Source: Hydrolagus colliei
Taxonomy: Eukaryota
Direction of reading: 5' to 3'
Assembly (NCBI GenBank): GCA_035084275.1
Contig: CM068745.1
Span: 10,602,001 to 10,666,000 of the forward strand
Length of the DNA stretch: 64,000 nt
In this document: one piece after another, positions 51,088-63,560 of the stretch
Layout of the letters: each line of letters begins with the position of its first letter
Position numbering within the stretch: the stretch's first letter is position 1
Translations under genes and position numbers: made by a program
Notes under the pieces: generated by a model
Seen by the model: the letters and a program-made list of their open reading frames with translations, nothing else
The model's database searches: none
Told to the model about the DNA's origin: nothing

Positions 51088-52464
51088 ATAGGGGTTCTAC
51101 CTGAGGAGAAATCCTGGGGGTTATTCCCGCTTAATGTAGCGCATTTGTTAAAATGGCCTAAGCATTCAACCATCCTTTGGATAAGACGGATACGAGGTGG
51201 ACATTAAAAATCCTATGGCAGTATTTGAAAAGATAAGAGAGATTCTCCCCTGTATCCTGGGTAACAATCCCCCAAATAAACTGGTCATTCATTTCATGGC
51301 TGTTTTTGGAATGTTGTTGTGAGTAAATTGGCTGCCAAGTTTGTTTATTAGGGCTTAGACACTGCATTGGATGAATTCTGTTTGCACTTCAAGACATTTC
51401 AACATTACCATAAGCTGCTATATCAAATGCAAGATTTATAAAACTATTATTCTATAATGTTCTATGATACAGTATACCTGGGGCATTATAGGCAAACTGT
51501 ATAGGCAATATGAGTATCAACTGGATAGATTTATATTAAAAAATGCATTCTGAATTCTATTAACTCCTTCATGTACAATCTCTTCAAACAGCACAATGCT
51601 CGAGGTTATGCTATGTCATCTCTAAATCTTTGGGGTTTTAATTACAGATAACATTGCACTTTTCAGTTGCAAAAAATATCTTGTCAGATTGTTTCAGTTC
51701 TCTTGTCTCTGGGTCAGAAGTTTGAGGGTTAGAAATCTCCAACCAAGCATTGAGTTCCTATTCTAGGCCAATACTCTTGTCCAGTGGATTGTAGATTGAA
51801 TAAACTAGTGTTTTCTGCCTGTCTTGTTGTTGAGGTGGGTACCAAACACCCCCAAAATACTATTTTGAAGCTGTTTTGAAGAAGTGTAGATTTTATTTAG
51901 TCATTTCATTCTTTCATGGGACTATACTGGCAAACATTAGCTGCACTATTTACATATATATAACAGACGTCATTGTGTTATATCGAATACAGATGTTGTT
52001 ATTGAGTGAAATTATTAAAGTCTAACATATGGTTTGAAATGAGAAAATTCTAAAATGTGGAGCAGAAATTACCGTACTCAGAAGCGGACACCCCACCACA
52101 ACATTGTTCTCAATACCATTGTCCACAAAGCCAGGTTGTGAATTTGATGGTTCACACGTCGTGCCATTGAAATGCTGGCAAGTGAGAGATTGCAACTTTT
52201 TACTAATGTTAAATCAGCTTTCCGGATAACCAGAAGTGGAAAGTAATGATCCGTACAAGACCCCATTCATGTGTCTGGCATAAGACCCATGCTGGGCACT
52301 CTTATTAAATCCAACCGAAAACAACAAAATTCACAGCAACAGTGGGTTTTTAAATTATGAAAGTTGCAGTGCAAAAAGTCATGAAGACCTGCGGCTCTGA
52401 ATGGGTTAAAACAACCTGTTCATCCCACTGATGAATCTGTTGACTGTCAACTTAGATACAGTAT

Positions 52465-52688
52465 TCTCCCACAAACTGTACAGTCAATTCACTTTACAGC
52501 ATATTCTGTGAAGCGCTTTGAGACGTCTAGAAAATGTGAAAAGCTCAAATGCAAGAATTTTTATTATTATTACTGCAATATTCTGACCTGCAGTAAACAT
52601 AACACAATTTTTAATTACATGACTAATGTACAACAAGAACACTGTAGCTTTTACAAGCAAACTTTAGTTGCTCTGTTGTAATAACTAG
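52465..52688 (+). repeat. 5'-truncated SINE tail (~52465-52570) plus unique flank (52571-52688) duplicated at 24405-24523
   Basis: ATTACATGACTAATGTACAACAAGAACACTGTAG...ACAAGCAAACTTTAGTT.CTCTGTTGTAATAACTAG occurs at both places. Confidence 0.9.
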
Positions 52689-53759
52689 AAAAGTTAATGT
52701 AGCTTGAACAAGAATCCTAATTGTCCCTGTCTCTGTCATATTTGTCTACTTGAATGGTCCCAAATACCACAGCGATTAATTAGTGTGGAGCAGGTATTAC
52801 AAGATGTTATCATCCTTCCCAGACTGTCTGGGTGAATGGAGGGAGGCAGTAGATTGTTACAATGTTTCATCCGTGCACTTCCTATAAGACAGTTTAACCA
52901 GAAGATTTAATGTGTCAAAGTTAACTGCATTCAGCAGCAGATTTTCACATTCTAATTAAAGATTAAGAACATAGTACATTACAGTACGATTTGTCATACA
53001 TGGCTTGTTAACTAGGAAACCTACCGGGATTCCACAACATTTTCGAAACATTATTGAGGCTTTTAATGTGGAATAGGGGACAATTACAAGAGCAGGCTAT
53101 TGACAGCATTGTAATAATTTGCTTGGTTTATTGTTAAATATTATAGAGTTCCTACAATATCAATTTATTCTAATCCTATATTCTGAATTATTTTAAATAT
53201 GGGTATTTCTGCAATAGCATTCCAGAATGTTTTTTAAAAAAGCAAAATACAACTCACAATTTTTTTTAACAAAAGTAAGTAATTGGAAGAGAGCCATTTT
53301 GGTATTATGTTATTCTTATGGGAAACATTGTATTGATAAATAAAACACATTAAAATACTAGGATATCATCTGCCACACCACCGGTGAGCTGTCAACCATT
53401 CTACCCTATCTCTAGAATTCTATCAAGAATACCTCCACTTTATCCACTCTCTTTCCCCACTCCTACAAAACCTGCCTTGAAACCTTATTTCTAGTTCGGT
53501 GAGTCAGAATTTGCGACTAAGTATAATTACAGTACCAATGTGATTGTTTGAATACCATGAGCAAATAAGTAAATAGCAAATAAGCTATTTTCTGTTCACA
53601 AGTTTCAAAATAATCTGTGTTCAAGTGCCGCACAGACACGATGTACCAAATGGCCTCCTTCAGTGTTATAATATTCTATGAAAATCGATATCCCTGGTCA
53701 CTGTGAGAACAATGAGGCTACTCAGATTGTCAGAAGAATCTACACGCGTGAGCTTTTAA

Positions 53760-53815
53760 GCGCTCTGAGACGCCGTCCGGCATGGAGGGCGCTGTATAAA
53801 TCGAAGTTGTTGTTG
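53760..53815 (+). mobile_element. 56-nt L2-type tail-only insertion with TTTTAA target-site duplication
   Basis: TTTTAA(53754-53759), GCGCTCTGAGACGCCGTCCGGCATGGAGGGCGCTGTATAAATCGAAG(TTG)n, TTTTAA(53816-53821). Confidence 0.85.
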
Positions 53816-54194
53816 TTTTAACATTATTCAAATTATTTTTTAATGGTGTAGAAGTAGAGAACACATACAGAGGAATTTATCCTGCACCAATTGAAAAGAA
53901 TGTATTATGGACACTAACTGGGCAGGTTGCACTGGAGTATTGTGTACCGCTCTGGTCACTGTGACACAGGGAGGTTGCTCAGGATAAGGAGGCAATACAG
54001 AGTAGAGCTGTGAGGTTGATCCTCAATGTTAAAGAAATCAGCTTTCCCAAGAAATGCGCAGCAATTCGACAATACAATGATGTTAAACAATAATAACTTG
54101 CCTTTACAAGATCCCCTTCACACAGGATAGCATTGTGGAGAGCTGCACAGCTTCAATTTTGAAATGAGCCATCTCAAAGGGAATCTTTTAAATA

Positions 54195-54772
54195 AATAAA
54201 TAATCTGTGCATTTGATATGACCTTATTACTGTACATTGTCAAGACATCTCAAAGCGCTTCAGAGGTTATAGATGATAATCATCCTTGCATTTGATACAG
54301 ACATGGTTGAGATGTCTTAAAGTACTTCACATGCTGTACTGTAAAGCAGACTGACTGTATTTTGGGGTGAAACATGTCAGCCAGTCTGCGTACTTCAATG
54401 CCGCACAAACAGCTATGGGGTGAGTGATCAATTTTATTTGGTGGATTATTGGCCAGAATACCAGGAGAGAGAAACTCAAAGTTAAATAGGCAGATAGGAC
54501 CTTGGTTTAAGATCTCATTCAAAGGATGGCATCTCCAACAGTGCAACAAACCTCCAGTACTGTATTGGAGTGTCAGCTCAGTCAATATTAGGTGAAAAAA
54601 AATTGGTTATTTCAATCCACGACTATTTATGGAACACTGCTGTGCACAATTGGCTGCCGCATTTCTCCCACATATATACAGTCAATTCATTTTACAGTAT
54701 ATTCTGTGAAGCGCTTTGAAACAAGATGTGAAAAGTGCTATATCAAATGCAAGGATCATTATTAATATTATT
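54195..54772. mobile_element. SINE cluster: minus tail, minus DeuSINE (~54275-54583), plus SINE 3' half (~54600-54772)
   Basis: Tail and Deu-core consensus motifs in both orientations. Confidence 0.75.
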
Positions 54773-56592
54773 ATGGGGTATGGGTGGACAGAGGGAATAC
54801 AACTAGGATGAGTGCAATAGAAACTGAAACACAAGAATTGGCAAAGGTAGTGTTTTTGTGGAGTGCATCTAAAGAGTAGTCCATCAGAGCATGTACCCAC
54901 CTATCCCATCTCTCCAGAGTTAACATTATGGACAAAGGCAAAGCAGTTCATTGAGTATAAACTTTGGGAACAGGGCAGCAATAATGATAATGATAATCCT
55001 TGCATGTAATATAGCGTTTTCATGTCTTCTGGTCATTCCAGTCATGTTTTCAATGACCAAGGGAAAGTGAAGCACTCCCCTCCCTCCATCAATCCTATCA
55101 TGTTATGCCGGCTCTGTTGTAGGCCCACTGTTTTTTATTGAAACAGGTACCACCCATAAGACACCTCACTGTCAGGGGAGGGAGGAGAATCAGGAGCGAG
55201 TCTTATCAGGTCAAACAACAACATTGACAAAGGTGGGCCCGCTTTTTGATTTCCCTGGGATGTAATGCACATGATAATATTAAATACTAATTCATACATT
55301 TGACACAGTACCTTATCACTTATCTGATATATTTCAAAGCGCTTTACGTGGCACAGTAAAATGCAGTAACTGTGAACTTAAAGTCTCATGCGTTAGGTAG
55401 CCAGTTGTGAAGAGCAATATCCCACTAACAGCCATTTTTTTTAAATCCGGAGGATGGTTTACTAAGCCACCAGGCAAAGCTCCCTCTCTTTTCCAATAGT
55501 GCATTAGGATCTTTAATGTTCACTTGAACAATCTAATTTGAAGCATTGCTCTTTCAACAATGCAACCCTTACTACACTCCGGGGAAAGAGCATGCAGTGG
55601 GCTGCTGGAATTCAAAAGAAGGGAGGGAAATAGCTGCACAAAAATAAACTGATCTTACTTAAAATGTGACTTTGGGTGGATGGATTTTTTTACGAATGAT
55701 TTGTTTTCTGGCAGGGAAACATAATCAATTGCGTTGCCATTCCTTTGTAGGGCTGCAGCATGGAAGCAGTTCAGGGCAATAATTTCTATCAAATGCTCGT
55801 GTAGCTATTATAAAGGAAAGACAATAGATGCGTCGATGTGTATTGCTTCTATTTACTGCACAATTTCTATGAACGTTACAGCAATAGAATTAACTGCTTT
55901 CTCTTAACACTTTTTTTTCCTTTTGATGCAGTGTACAAAAACCTGCATTAGTTTACAAAAACATCATAGGCATATCCAAATATTGCAGTGTTCAGGTTAA
56001 GAGAGGCGAGTATTGATTGAATTCAGTATTATCAGTGCTGGGCTTTGTTTCGGAAACTTACTACAGTAATGCCTCAGTATATCGTCCAAGACGGTGCTAT
56101 TTCTTTCACGATATAGATTTCCCAGATGTAAAATAAGCATCCTCAGCCTCCGCTGATACGTTTTCATATGCAGAGCATGTATCCACCTAACCCATCTCCC
56201 CAGAGCTGTTTTTATGGAACCCAATCTGAGGACATTGCAGACAAAATAAAATTTCATTTTGATCTGCCCTCCTGCTGAGCATATGACTGCTTTGTTTCAG
56301 CCAGCAGAACCAGCAAGCCAGAAAGGTATGTCCTGTTTTGCATGGCTGCTGGTATGGCTTGAGGATCACAATCAAGTTGTTCATGCTTCCAGGCTTCGGA
56401 ATCTCATCCACATCCTGTGCCGTCCTCCTCTTTCCCTATTCCATTTGCTTTTTTAACTTCGCTGCCCTATCATCTACCTGCAGGGCAGAATGATGATTGG
56501 CCCAGCACAGTTGTTTTCTTTAGTGTACACATATGCCTCTTTGATTGTTATGTTTAACCCCCCATATCCCCTACTCCTTTTTTCTCTTCTAG

Positions 56593-56630
56593 GTATTGAC
56601 CACACAAACATTGACTTGAAGAGAAACTAT
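56593..56630 (+). CDS. Exon C (38-nt micro-exon) of the PCSK gene
   Basis: Long pyrimidine tract, then TCTTCTAG|GT ATT GAC CAC ACA AAC ATT GAC TTG AAG AGA AAC TAT|GTAAGT = (G)IDHTNIDLKRNY. The phase 1 start completes the Gly of DDG. Equivalent to GIDYLHPDLASNY of PCSK2. Confidence 0.92.
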
Positions 56631-58165
56631 GTAAGTAATGTCTGCAAGTACATGCTTCAGAGGCTTTTAAGTTACGGTTTAATGGTTCGTTCGAATGACT
56701 GCCTATATCAGTTAAACGTTTTTATAAAAGAAATTGATTTCATTCGATTCTGTCAGGAACAAATTACGAATGCACTAGGGCAGTAATTATTACTGCAAAA
56801 TCCAGTCAGTTACAGCACAAGCGAAGTTAGTAAATGTTTCCAATGCAGATACTTTTTCATGTGTGGCTTTCAATCTCACATGCATCGCAAGCAGCATGAC
56901 TGGGGAAAAAATACTAATCCTTACATTTGGTATAGAGTCTCATCATGATGAAACCATCTCAAAGTGCTTCACAGACTTTATTATAAAGTGCAGTGACCAA
57001 GTGATTTGTAAGCAAACACAGCAGACAATTTGTCCAGGGTAATGTCCTACAGACACCATGAAGTAAATGATCAATTTTATTTGGGGGAATATTGGCCGGT
57101 AAACCGGGAGAATTTCCCTTTTGTCATATTATGCTATGAAATATTTAACAGCTCCCTGAACAAGCAGATGAGACCTAACTGTAACGTCTCACCTGAAAGA
57201 TGGTAGTATAAGTAAAAGACATACGTACTAAACAAAAGGCAGACCATTAATCAGTAAAGGTTGGAAGATGTTATCCTAGGGACAAAAACAGCATACTTTT
57301 CAACTGCATTTACAAATACTGCATCCTGCTGGTAACCAGAAGTGTGTCATGGTAACCTAGGGAAACTTCACGTCAGGTTCATAAATATTGGATCACACTG
57401 GTCACCGGACTGACCCCTGGAACTCCACTCTTGATCCAATCTACTCCTGGTCAGTCCTTATGTTTCTCTTCCACATATTTGCAGTGAAGGTCTGAAATTT
57501 TCAGAAGTATGTCAGATCAGAGAGATGCTGACAGGAAACTGGTTGTTGTACATGCAGGAATCTGCGCTCTAGCTTATTCAGCTGGTGGTTTCAATGTGGA
57601 CAGATGTCTAGGACGTTTTGAAATCTGCTCAAGTCTTTTGCCGTGTTTTTATGCAGCACAATACAGGCAACCATTCCAATACCAGCTGCACAAAGCTTCG
57701 GGCTGCCTTCAGGACTCTGTTTAGAGACCAGAATCTTCCAGTATGGCTAGCAACATCCGAGAAATTGTGCAACAAAATATTTTTCCTAAATAACACTGGA
57801 TTTCATTTGCACCAGAAGCTTAAAACTTCTCTAGGATATTAAGACTATTTTACGTTTAATCATACATAGACAAAGGAAAACGTGTAAATACAAGCATAAA
57901 TTGGAAGACAGTTTGGGACACGCGAGAATCTGAAGATTTTAGGATATAAAACAAAGTCTAGGTAGATTTCCAGGCCTCTAAGGTGACCCTTTATACCCTG
58001 CCAAGGTGGCCATTTGTAGGCCTGTGTTGACATGTTTGGAATGATGGAACGGGGGAGGGGTAGGAGCAAAGTAATTAACCCAAACCTTCCTTACTTAGTT
58101 AGCATCAATAAACACACAGTTTCCAGTAAGTGTTGCTGAATAATAATAAACCTAGCATTTCATTA

Positions 58166-58785
58166 TAACAACAACTTGCATTTATATGGTGCCCTTCACA
58201 CATGGTTCGGTCCCAGAGGCTTTAACAGTGGCTGAGCATGAAGCTGAGCCCGGGGGAGGGGGAGGTGACCATAGGTTGAAGAGGAAGTTCTTCAGGCGAG
58301 ACATAAAGATAGAGAAAGAAGGGGCAAGACTGAGGGATAGACAAAGAGTGTTCCAGAATTTTGGGGCGTAGTGGCTGAAAGTGCGGACACCGAGGATGCA
58401 ATGGAGGGCACGAGGGACATTCGGAAGGCCAGAACCAAGTCAAGAGGAAGCAGAGGGTGGAGGTAAATAGATCAGAGAGGTAGGGAGGTGCCAGGGCATG
58501 AAGGGATTTAAAAGCAAGTTTGACGATCTTTAAATCGATCCATTCAGCGATAGAGAGCCAATGGAGAATTGATGTGATGGAGGTGCAGAATTTAGTGTGG
58601 GTGAGTATACAGCAGCGGAGTTTTAGATTAGCAAACAGTTGTGCATGGCAGAGCTGGGGAGACAGGTGAAGAGGGCATCTGAATAATCTAGTCGATAGGC
58701 GACGAATGGATGGCCGAGTGTTGGATTTGGGTAAGGTACGGTCAGAGACAGTCAATGTGGTTTAGGTGGGGGCAGGTGGTCCTAG
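58166..58785 (-). mobile_element. Older L2 LINE 3' fragment
   Basis: ILHWLSIAEWIDLKIVKLAFKSLHALAPPYLSDL plus a (CAA)n tail. Confidence 0.85.
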
Positions 58786-60199
58786 TCAACAACAACAAAA
58801 TTACAGGGAGAAACTCCTTTCACTTTTCAAACAGGTGTTCACTTACAAAATACTGTACACAGTTACCAAACTTCACAGTAAAAACCTGTGAAGCGCTTTT
58901 AGACGTCCTCCCGACATGAAATACAAGGGTTATTGTAAGTAGAGCTATGAGATCTTCAACATCCATCTAAAGAGGCAGACAAGCATTGGTAGTGTTTCAT
59001 TTAAATGATGGCACCTCGAACAATAGGAGTGTTTTTCCAGCACTTTATATTGAAGTGCCAAGCCAGGACCGTGCGAGTTCAAAGTTCTATTATGGCTTTT
59101 GAACCCGCAGCCATCTGACAGACGTAAGAATGCTACCAAACAAGCTAAAGTGAAACTTAAATTGTGAATACAAGTGGGCTATATACTCCCACCTTGCCCA
59201 AGGGCACAAGGATAAGTTGTAGCACCTTCTTCCTGAGATCTGAAAATTTTACATGGACTAAATATCTGGAATGGGATATTTCTGGTTACCTACTGAATAG
59301 TAATGTGCTTAAACAGACTTGAATGCACTTTTTCATGAAAGGCATCTTCCCCTCACAGAAAAGAGCAGCAATATTTTCAGTAATTACTCGCTGGTGAATT
59401 GCACAATTAAGGATTATAGTGCTCCCGAAGAAGAGATTTATTTGAAGCTCCAATAAATCAACTTTTGGAAATATGAAAGCCATTAGTTCTAGAAAATCCT
59501 ATTATACACATACAGCAGAGCTTGTAATGTTACAAACAAATTAACCCTAATAATGCCCATATCAACTTAATATCTTTCTTTCTGAATGGGGTGTTCCATT
59601 ATACTTCAAGATAATTTAATTATTTTTTTTAATTAGGTCTTGGCATTAACCGTTACAACTTCTGTATTGTATGAAAACAAATAAACATGAACATCACTTA
59701 ACAGTAAATAGATAAGACAAATTTGTTCTCTTCATGTCAAAGTACTATCGATCCTGGAAATTCTAAGTCAGTCTCTTACAAAACTGCTTCTCCAAGAGCC
59801 TGGCTGAAGCATGAAATGTTCTCTTTGGAGTTTGCATCACTTTCTTCACTGAATGGCTCTTCAAACACTGAAATAGGGGTCCCGATGCCTCAGTGAGTTG
59901 ATTCAGTGAGCAGCTGAGATATACAGACAGGTTTGATCCCCGAGCTTTGCAGAATTAGCTTATTAGTCTCCACTTAGAGAAGTGGAGTTCTCATGCACCA
60001 GCATACTGTGCATGTTATGCTCATGGTTATTGGAAGGAAGTTCCACTTAGAAATTCTGGAATTAAGGAATTCCATGTTAAATTACAGCATTTTAGACCTG
60101 TCCATCTCCACATTTTGATGTATTCCCCCCCCGCGATGCCGTGTCTAAATAATTTATGTAAATGGAAATCCACAAAGATGACAAAAATAGGGAATGTAA

Positions 60200-60660
60200 C
60201 TAACAGTGCCAATGCTGGAAGACATAGACAGACTAGTAGATTGGGCAACAAGATGGCAGATGCAATCTAATGCTAAAAAGTAGGGAAGTAATGTTCAATT
60301 TATATTGGTTATACTATATTTGGAGAGATGTGTGCAGTTTTGGTTGCCATACTACAGGAAGGATATTATGGGTTCAGAGGGAGTGCCATGTATGTTTCCA
60401 GGGATGAATGAAGAAAGATTGGATAGGTTGGATCTTTTTTTCTTTGGAGACAAGGCAATTGTGAGAGGACATGTTAGAGGTGTTTAATATCATGAAAGGC
60501 TTTGATAAAGTGTTGGTAAGTCCAAAACAAGGCTGCATAAATCTCAGATAGTCAGTAACAGATTTAAAAGGGAGTTTAGGAGGAATTTCTTTTTGCCCAA
60601 GGTGGTGAGAATGTGAAAACAGTGGTTGAAACAGAAAGCATCTATATCTAAATGTTTAGG
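60200..60660 (+). mobile_element. Degraded CR1 ORF2 C-terminal fragment
   Basis: YLERCVQFWLPYYRKDI...EERLDRLDLF; GGAATTTCTTTTTGCCCAAGGTGGTGAGAATGTG. Confidence 0.8.
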
Positions 60661-61007
60661 TAAATTATGAATGGCAGCAGTATACTGATGTATAACTCCA
60701 CACTTCATGAAAAGTTAATTCCAGAAGTTTGTGCATAGTCTGTTATTTGCAATACTATTTGTAAGCAACAGACTCACTGCGAATACATAAAATTAATGCA
60801 ATGCCTAATGTTGGCAAGACCCAATTAATACACAAATATCCAACATAGTGTTTTTTGTTATTTTTCTCAAGGTTTACAATAATATGTACTTGTAAGAATC
60901 TGCTAAGACTTAGAAGGCCTGCACTTTCACACAGTCTTACCCTATAAATCCATTTTGTCTTACAATTTTAAGGTCACAAAGAAAATTATTGAGTTCACTC
61001 TTCATTT

Positions 61008-61221
61008 GCCTAATAATAATTAATCCAAAAAAACCACAATAATAAAAATTGGTCTTTTTCAATCCACGACTGTTTGTGGGACACCGCTGTGCACAATTGG
61101 CTGCTGCATTTTGCCCACAAATATACAGTCAATTCATTTTACAGCATATTCTGTGAAGCGCTTTGAGACATCAATAAGATGTGAAAAGCACTATATCAAA
61201 CGCAAGGATTATTATTATTAA
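61008..61221 (+). mobile_element. 5'-truncated SINE
   Basis: CAATCCACGACTGTTTGTGGGACACCGCTGTGCACAATTGGCTGC...tail. Confidence 0.88.
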
Positions 61222-61462
61222 TTTAGAAGCTGATTCTTTGTTTCTTAAAAATATCTGTTGAATTTCAACTTCAAACTGAAGTTAAGAGTTTTCCACAGTT
61301 CTGAACAATTTTAAATTTTCAGACAAAATGGTCTTATAGGCTTATTCGAGGTGGAACGTTTGCACTATAAGGCTACACTCATATTTTCAAAGAACTTGAA
61401 GAGTGCAATACCATGAAGCTGTATAAAACAAAGTGCTGACTCTTACTATTTTATCTCTACAG

Positions 61463-61545
61463 GATCCCCAAGCCAGCTTTGATTTCAATGACCATTTTGA
61501 TACACTACATGATCCAATTCCTAATTCTTCAAACAAATTGAATGG
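61463..61545 (+). CDS. Exon D (83 nt) of the PCSK gene, ending just before the expected catalytic His (HGT) exon
   Basis: Acceptor TTTTATCTCTACAG|GAT, donor AATGG|GTAAAA. Translates DPQASFDFNDHFDTLHDPIPNSSNKLN(G), compared with furin DPGASFDVNDQDPDPQPRYTQMNDNR. Phase 0 start and phase 2 end, as in other PCSK genes. Not in the ORF track. Confidence 0.92.
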
Positions 61546-62318
61546 GTAAAATATTTTAACTGCCTTACTGTAAATTGCTATCATGTGAATGATTTTGACT
61601 GAATTCCCAATGAAAGGATAGAATGATACAAAGAACACAGAACAAAAGGCGTAAAAATAGTAATGTAGCCTTCTTTATCAAAGTGTAAACTTTATCATCT
61701 ATTTCTATTTATTTGTAATGAGCAAGAGTGGAAAATGCTTTAAAACGTAAAAGCACTGATGTGCCAGTGGGGCGTCTAAGTAAGTATAAAACAACAACTT
61801 GCATTTATATATTATTGTATACAAATTATATATTTATATAAATTCTGCACTGCTAAATTCGGGAATCTCCATAGAACTGTAATACAAACATTGGCATACA
61901 TGACCCATTCTCATAAATTTTTCACCCAGTCTATAAATTCAAGCACATAGATTCAATAACAATAATTTGTATATGCAAATACAAACACACATCAGAAGAA
62001 TACATGTTGGAGTGCTTTAAAAAGGCAGAGTTGCATTCTGAGCAGAGGAGAGGATGGAGAAAGGGGGACATAACCATAGATGTGGCCAAAAGAGTAGCTT
62101 TTTGGGTCAGGACCTAGAGATAGATAGAGAATGGTAGAGGGCGGGTATTCTAAAGTTGAACATTGTATGATGATAACAATCACATACATAGAGAGTGATT
62201 TTGGCCTATTGAGCTGGTGCTAACTTCTCATCTGGAGATAATTACTCTATTTCCAATTCTTGCTTAACCTTACACCTTTTTTTTAAAATTGGTTAGCATC
62301 AATGGTTTATCCAAATGT

Positions 62319-62672
62319 TGTGGAGTCCTGTAGCTCACTGGTTAGACACTCGCCTCCCAAGTGAGAGAACGGAGTTCAATTCCCAGCAGATGAAATGTTG
62401 GGCAAGTTTCCTTACTCCACACACCTGTATACCCAGCAGTAAATAAGAACCCAGTTGTTAGTCAATTGGTGGATAATAATCCCTCAAAACAAACCAATAA
62501 TAATTTGATCACTCAATCCATGACTGTTTGTGGGACACTGCTGTGCACAATTGGCTGCCACGTTTCACCCACAAAATATACAGTCAATTCAATTTGCAGT
62601 ATATTCTGTGAATTGCTTTGAGTCTAGAAGACATGAAAAGCATTATATCAAATACAAGGATTGTTATTATTA
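62319..62672 (+). mobile_element. Full-length tRNA-headed SINE
   Basis: TGTGGAGTCCTGTAGCTCACTGGTTAGAC...GTTCAATTCCC...tail. Confidence 0.9.
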
Positions 62673-63109
62673 ATTGACACTTAAATATTGTTATTGCCAT
62701 TTCATTATTCATTCCATTTCCTAACTCACCTGAAAGTGATGTTTCTTCTAACCTTTCTTTTTGTCTGTCTTGCAGTGATAATCCTGATATTAAGCCCCTT
62801 AGTTATCAATTTACCAACCAGGAATAATGTAAAACAACAGTCTGTATTGTTAAACATAACTCAATTACTGGATATCTCTCAGTAAGGATTTAAATGAATT
62901 ATCCTGAACAGTTCTGCTGACATGAAAAATCAAATGGTTACAAAATTTGTTTTACGTCTTCGGATTTAATTTGAGGCATTTCTTAATGAGGCGCTCTATC
63001 AGAATTCCTGTTGATCAACACAAACTCTATTGGACAATAGATCAGGTCAAAGAGGAGTACTTGCCAGGCAGTGGGACATACTTCTAGGTAGCGGAAGCTG
63101 TTTCCATTT

Positions 63110-63560
63110 ATATAGAATTGCAGACAATGTTTCAACACTGAAACAAGTATTCACCTAACTTGTCCTGCTGATGTTTATACTGTACTTCAAATGAGCCTCC
63201 ACCCATCCCAATCCGCTCTCCCACACCTAAAGCTTATGGCTATTCCTTTCACCGACAAGTTTTCTCTTAAATATGTTCATGTTTTTTGCTTCAGCCAGTT
63301 TCCAGCAGCGAGTTCCACATTCTCACTATCTTTTGTGTGAAGACATTCCTCCTAAACTCCCCATGAGATGTGCTTCTGGCTATCCTACATTTATGCACCC
63401 TCATTTTCGACTGGCCAACAATACTATTAATGTCCACTTCATCAAATCCTCTCATAACCTTAAATACATATATCAACCATCTCTCAATTGTCTTTTCTCC
63501 AGAGAAAAGCACAAATCTTTCCAACCTTCCTGCATAGCTGTATCCACTACAGTATTCCTA
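63110..63560 (-). mobile_element. CR1 3' fragment
   Basis: LIYVFKVMRGFDEVD...RRNVFTQKIVRMWNSL. Confidence 0.85.

Noticed and set aside
17193-56630. Assigning the symbol PCSK2, PCSK7 or FURIN
   Set aside because: Exon sizes fit PCSK2 but the residues do not; orthology needs phylogeny and synteny.
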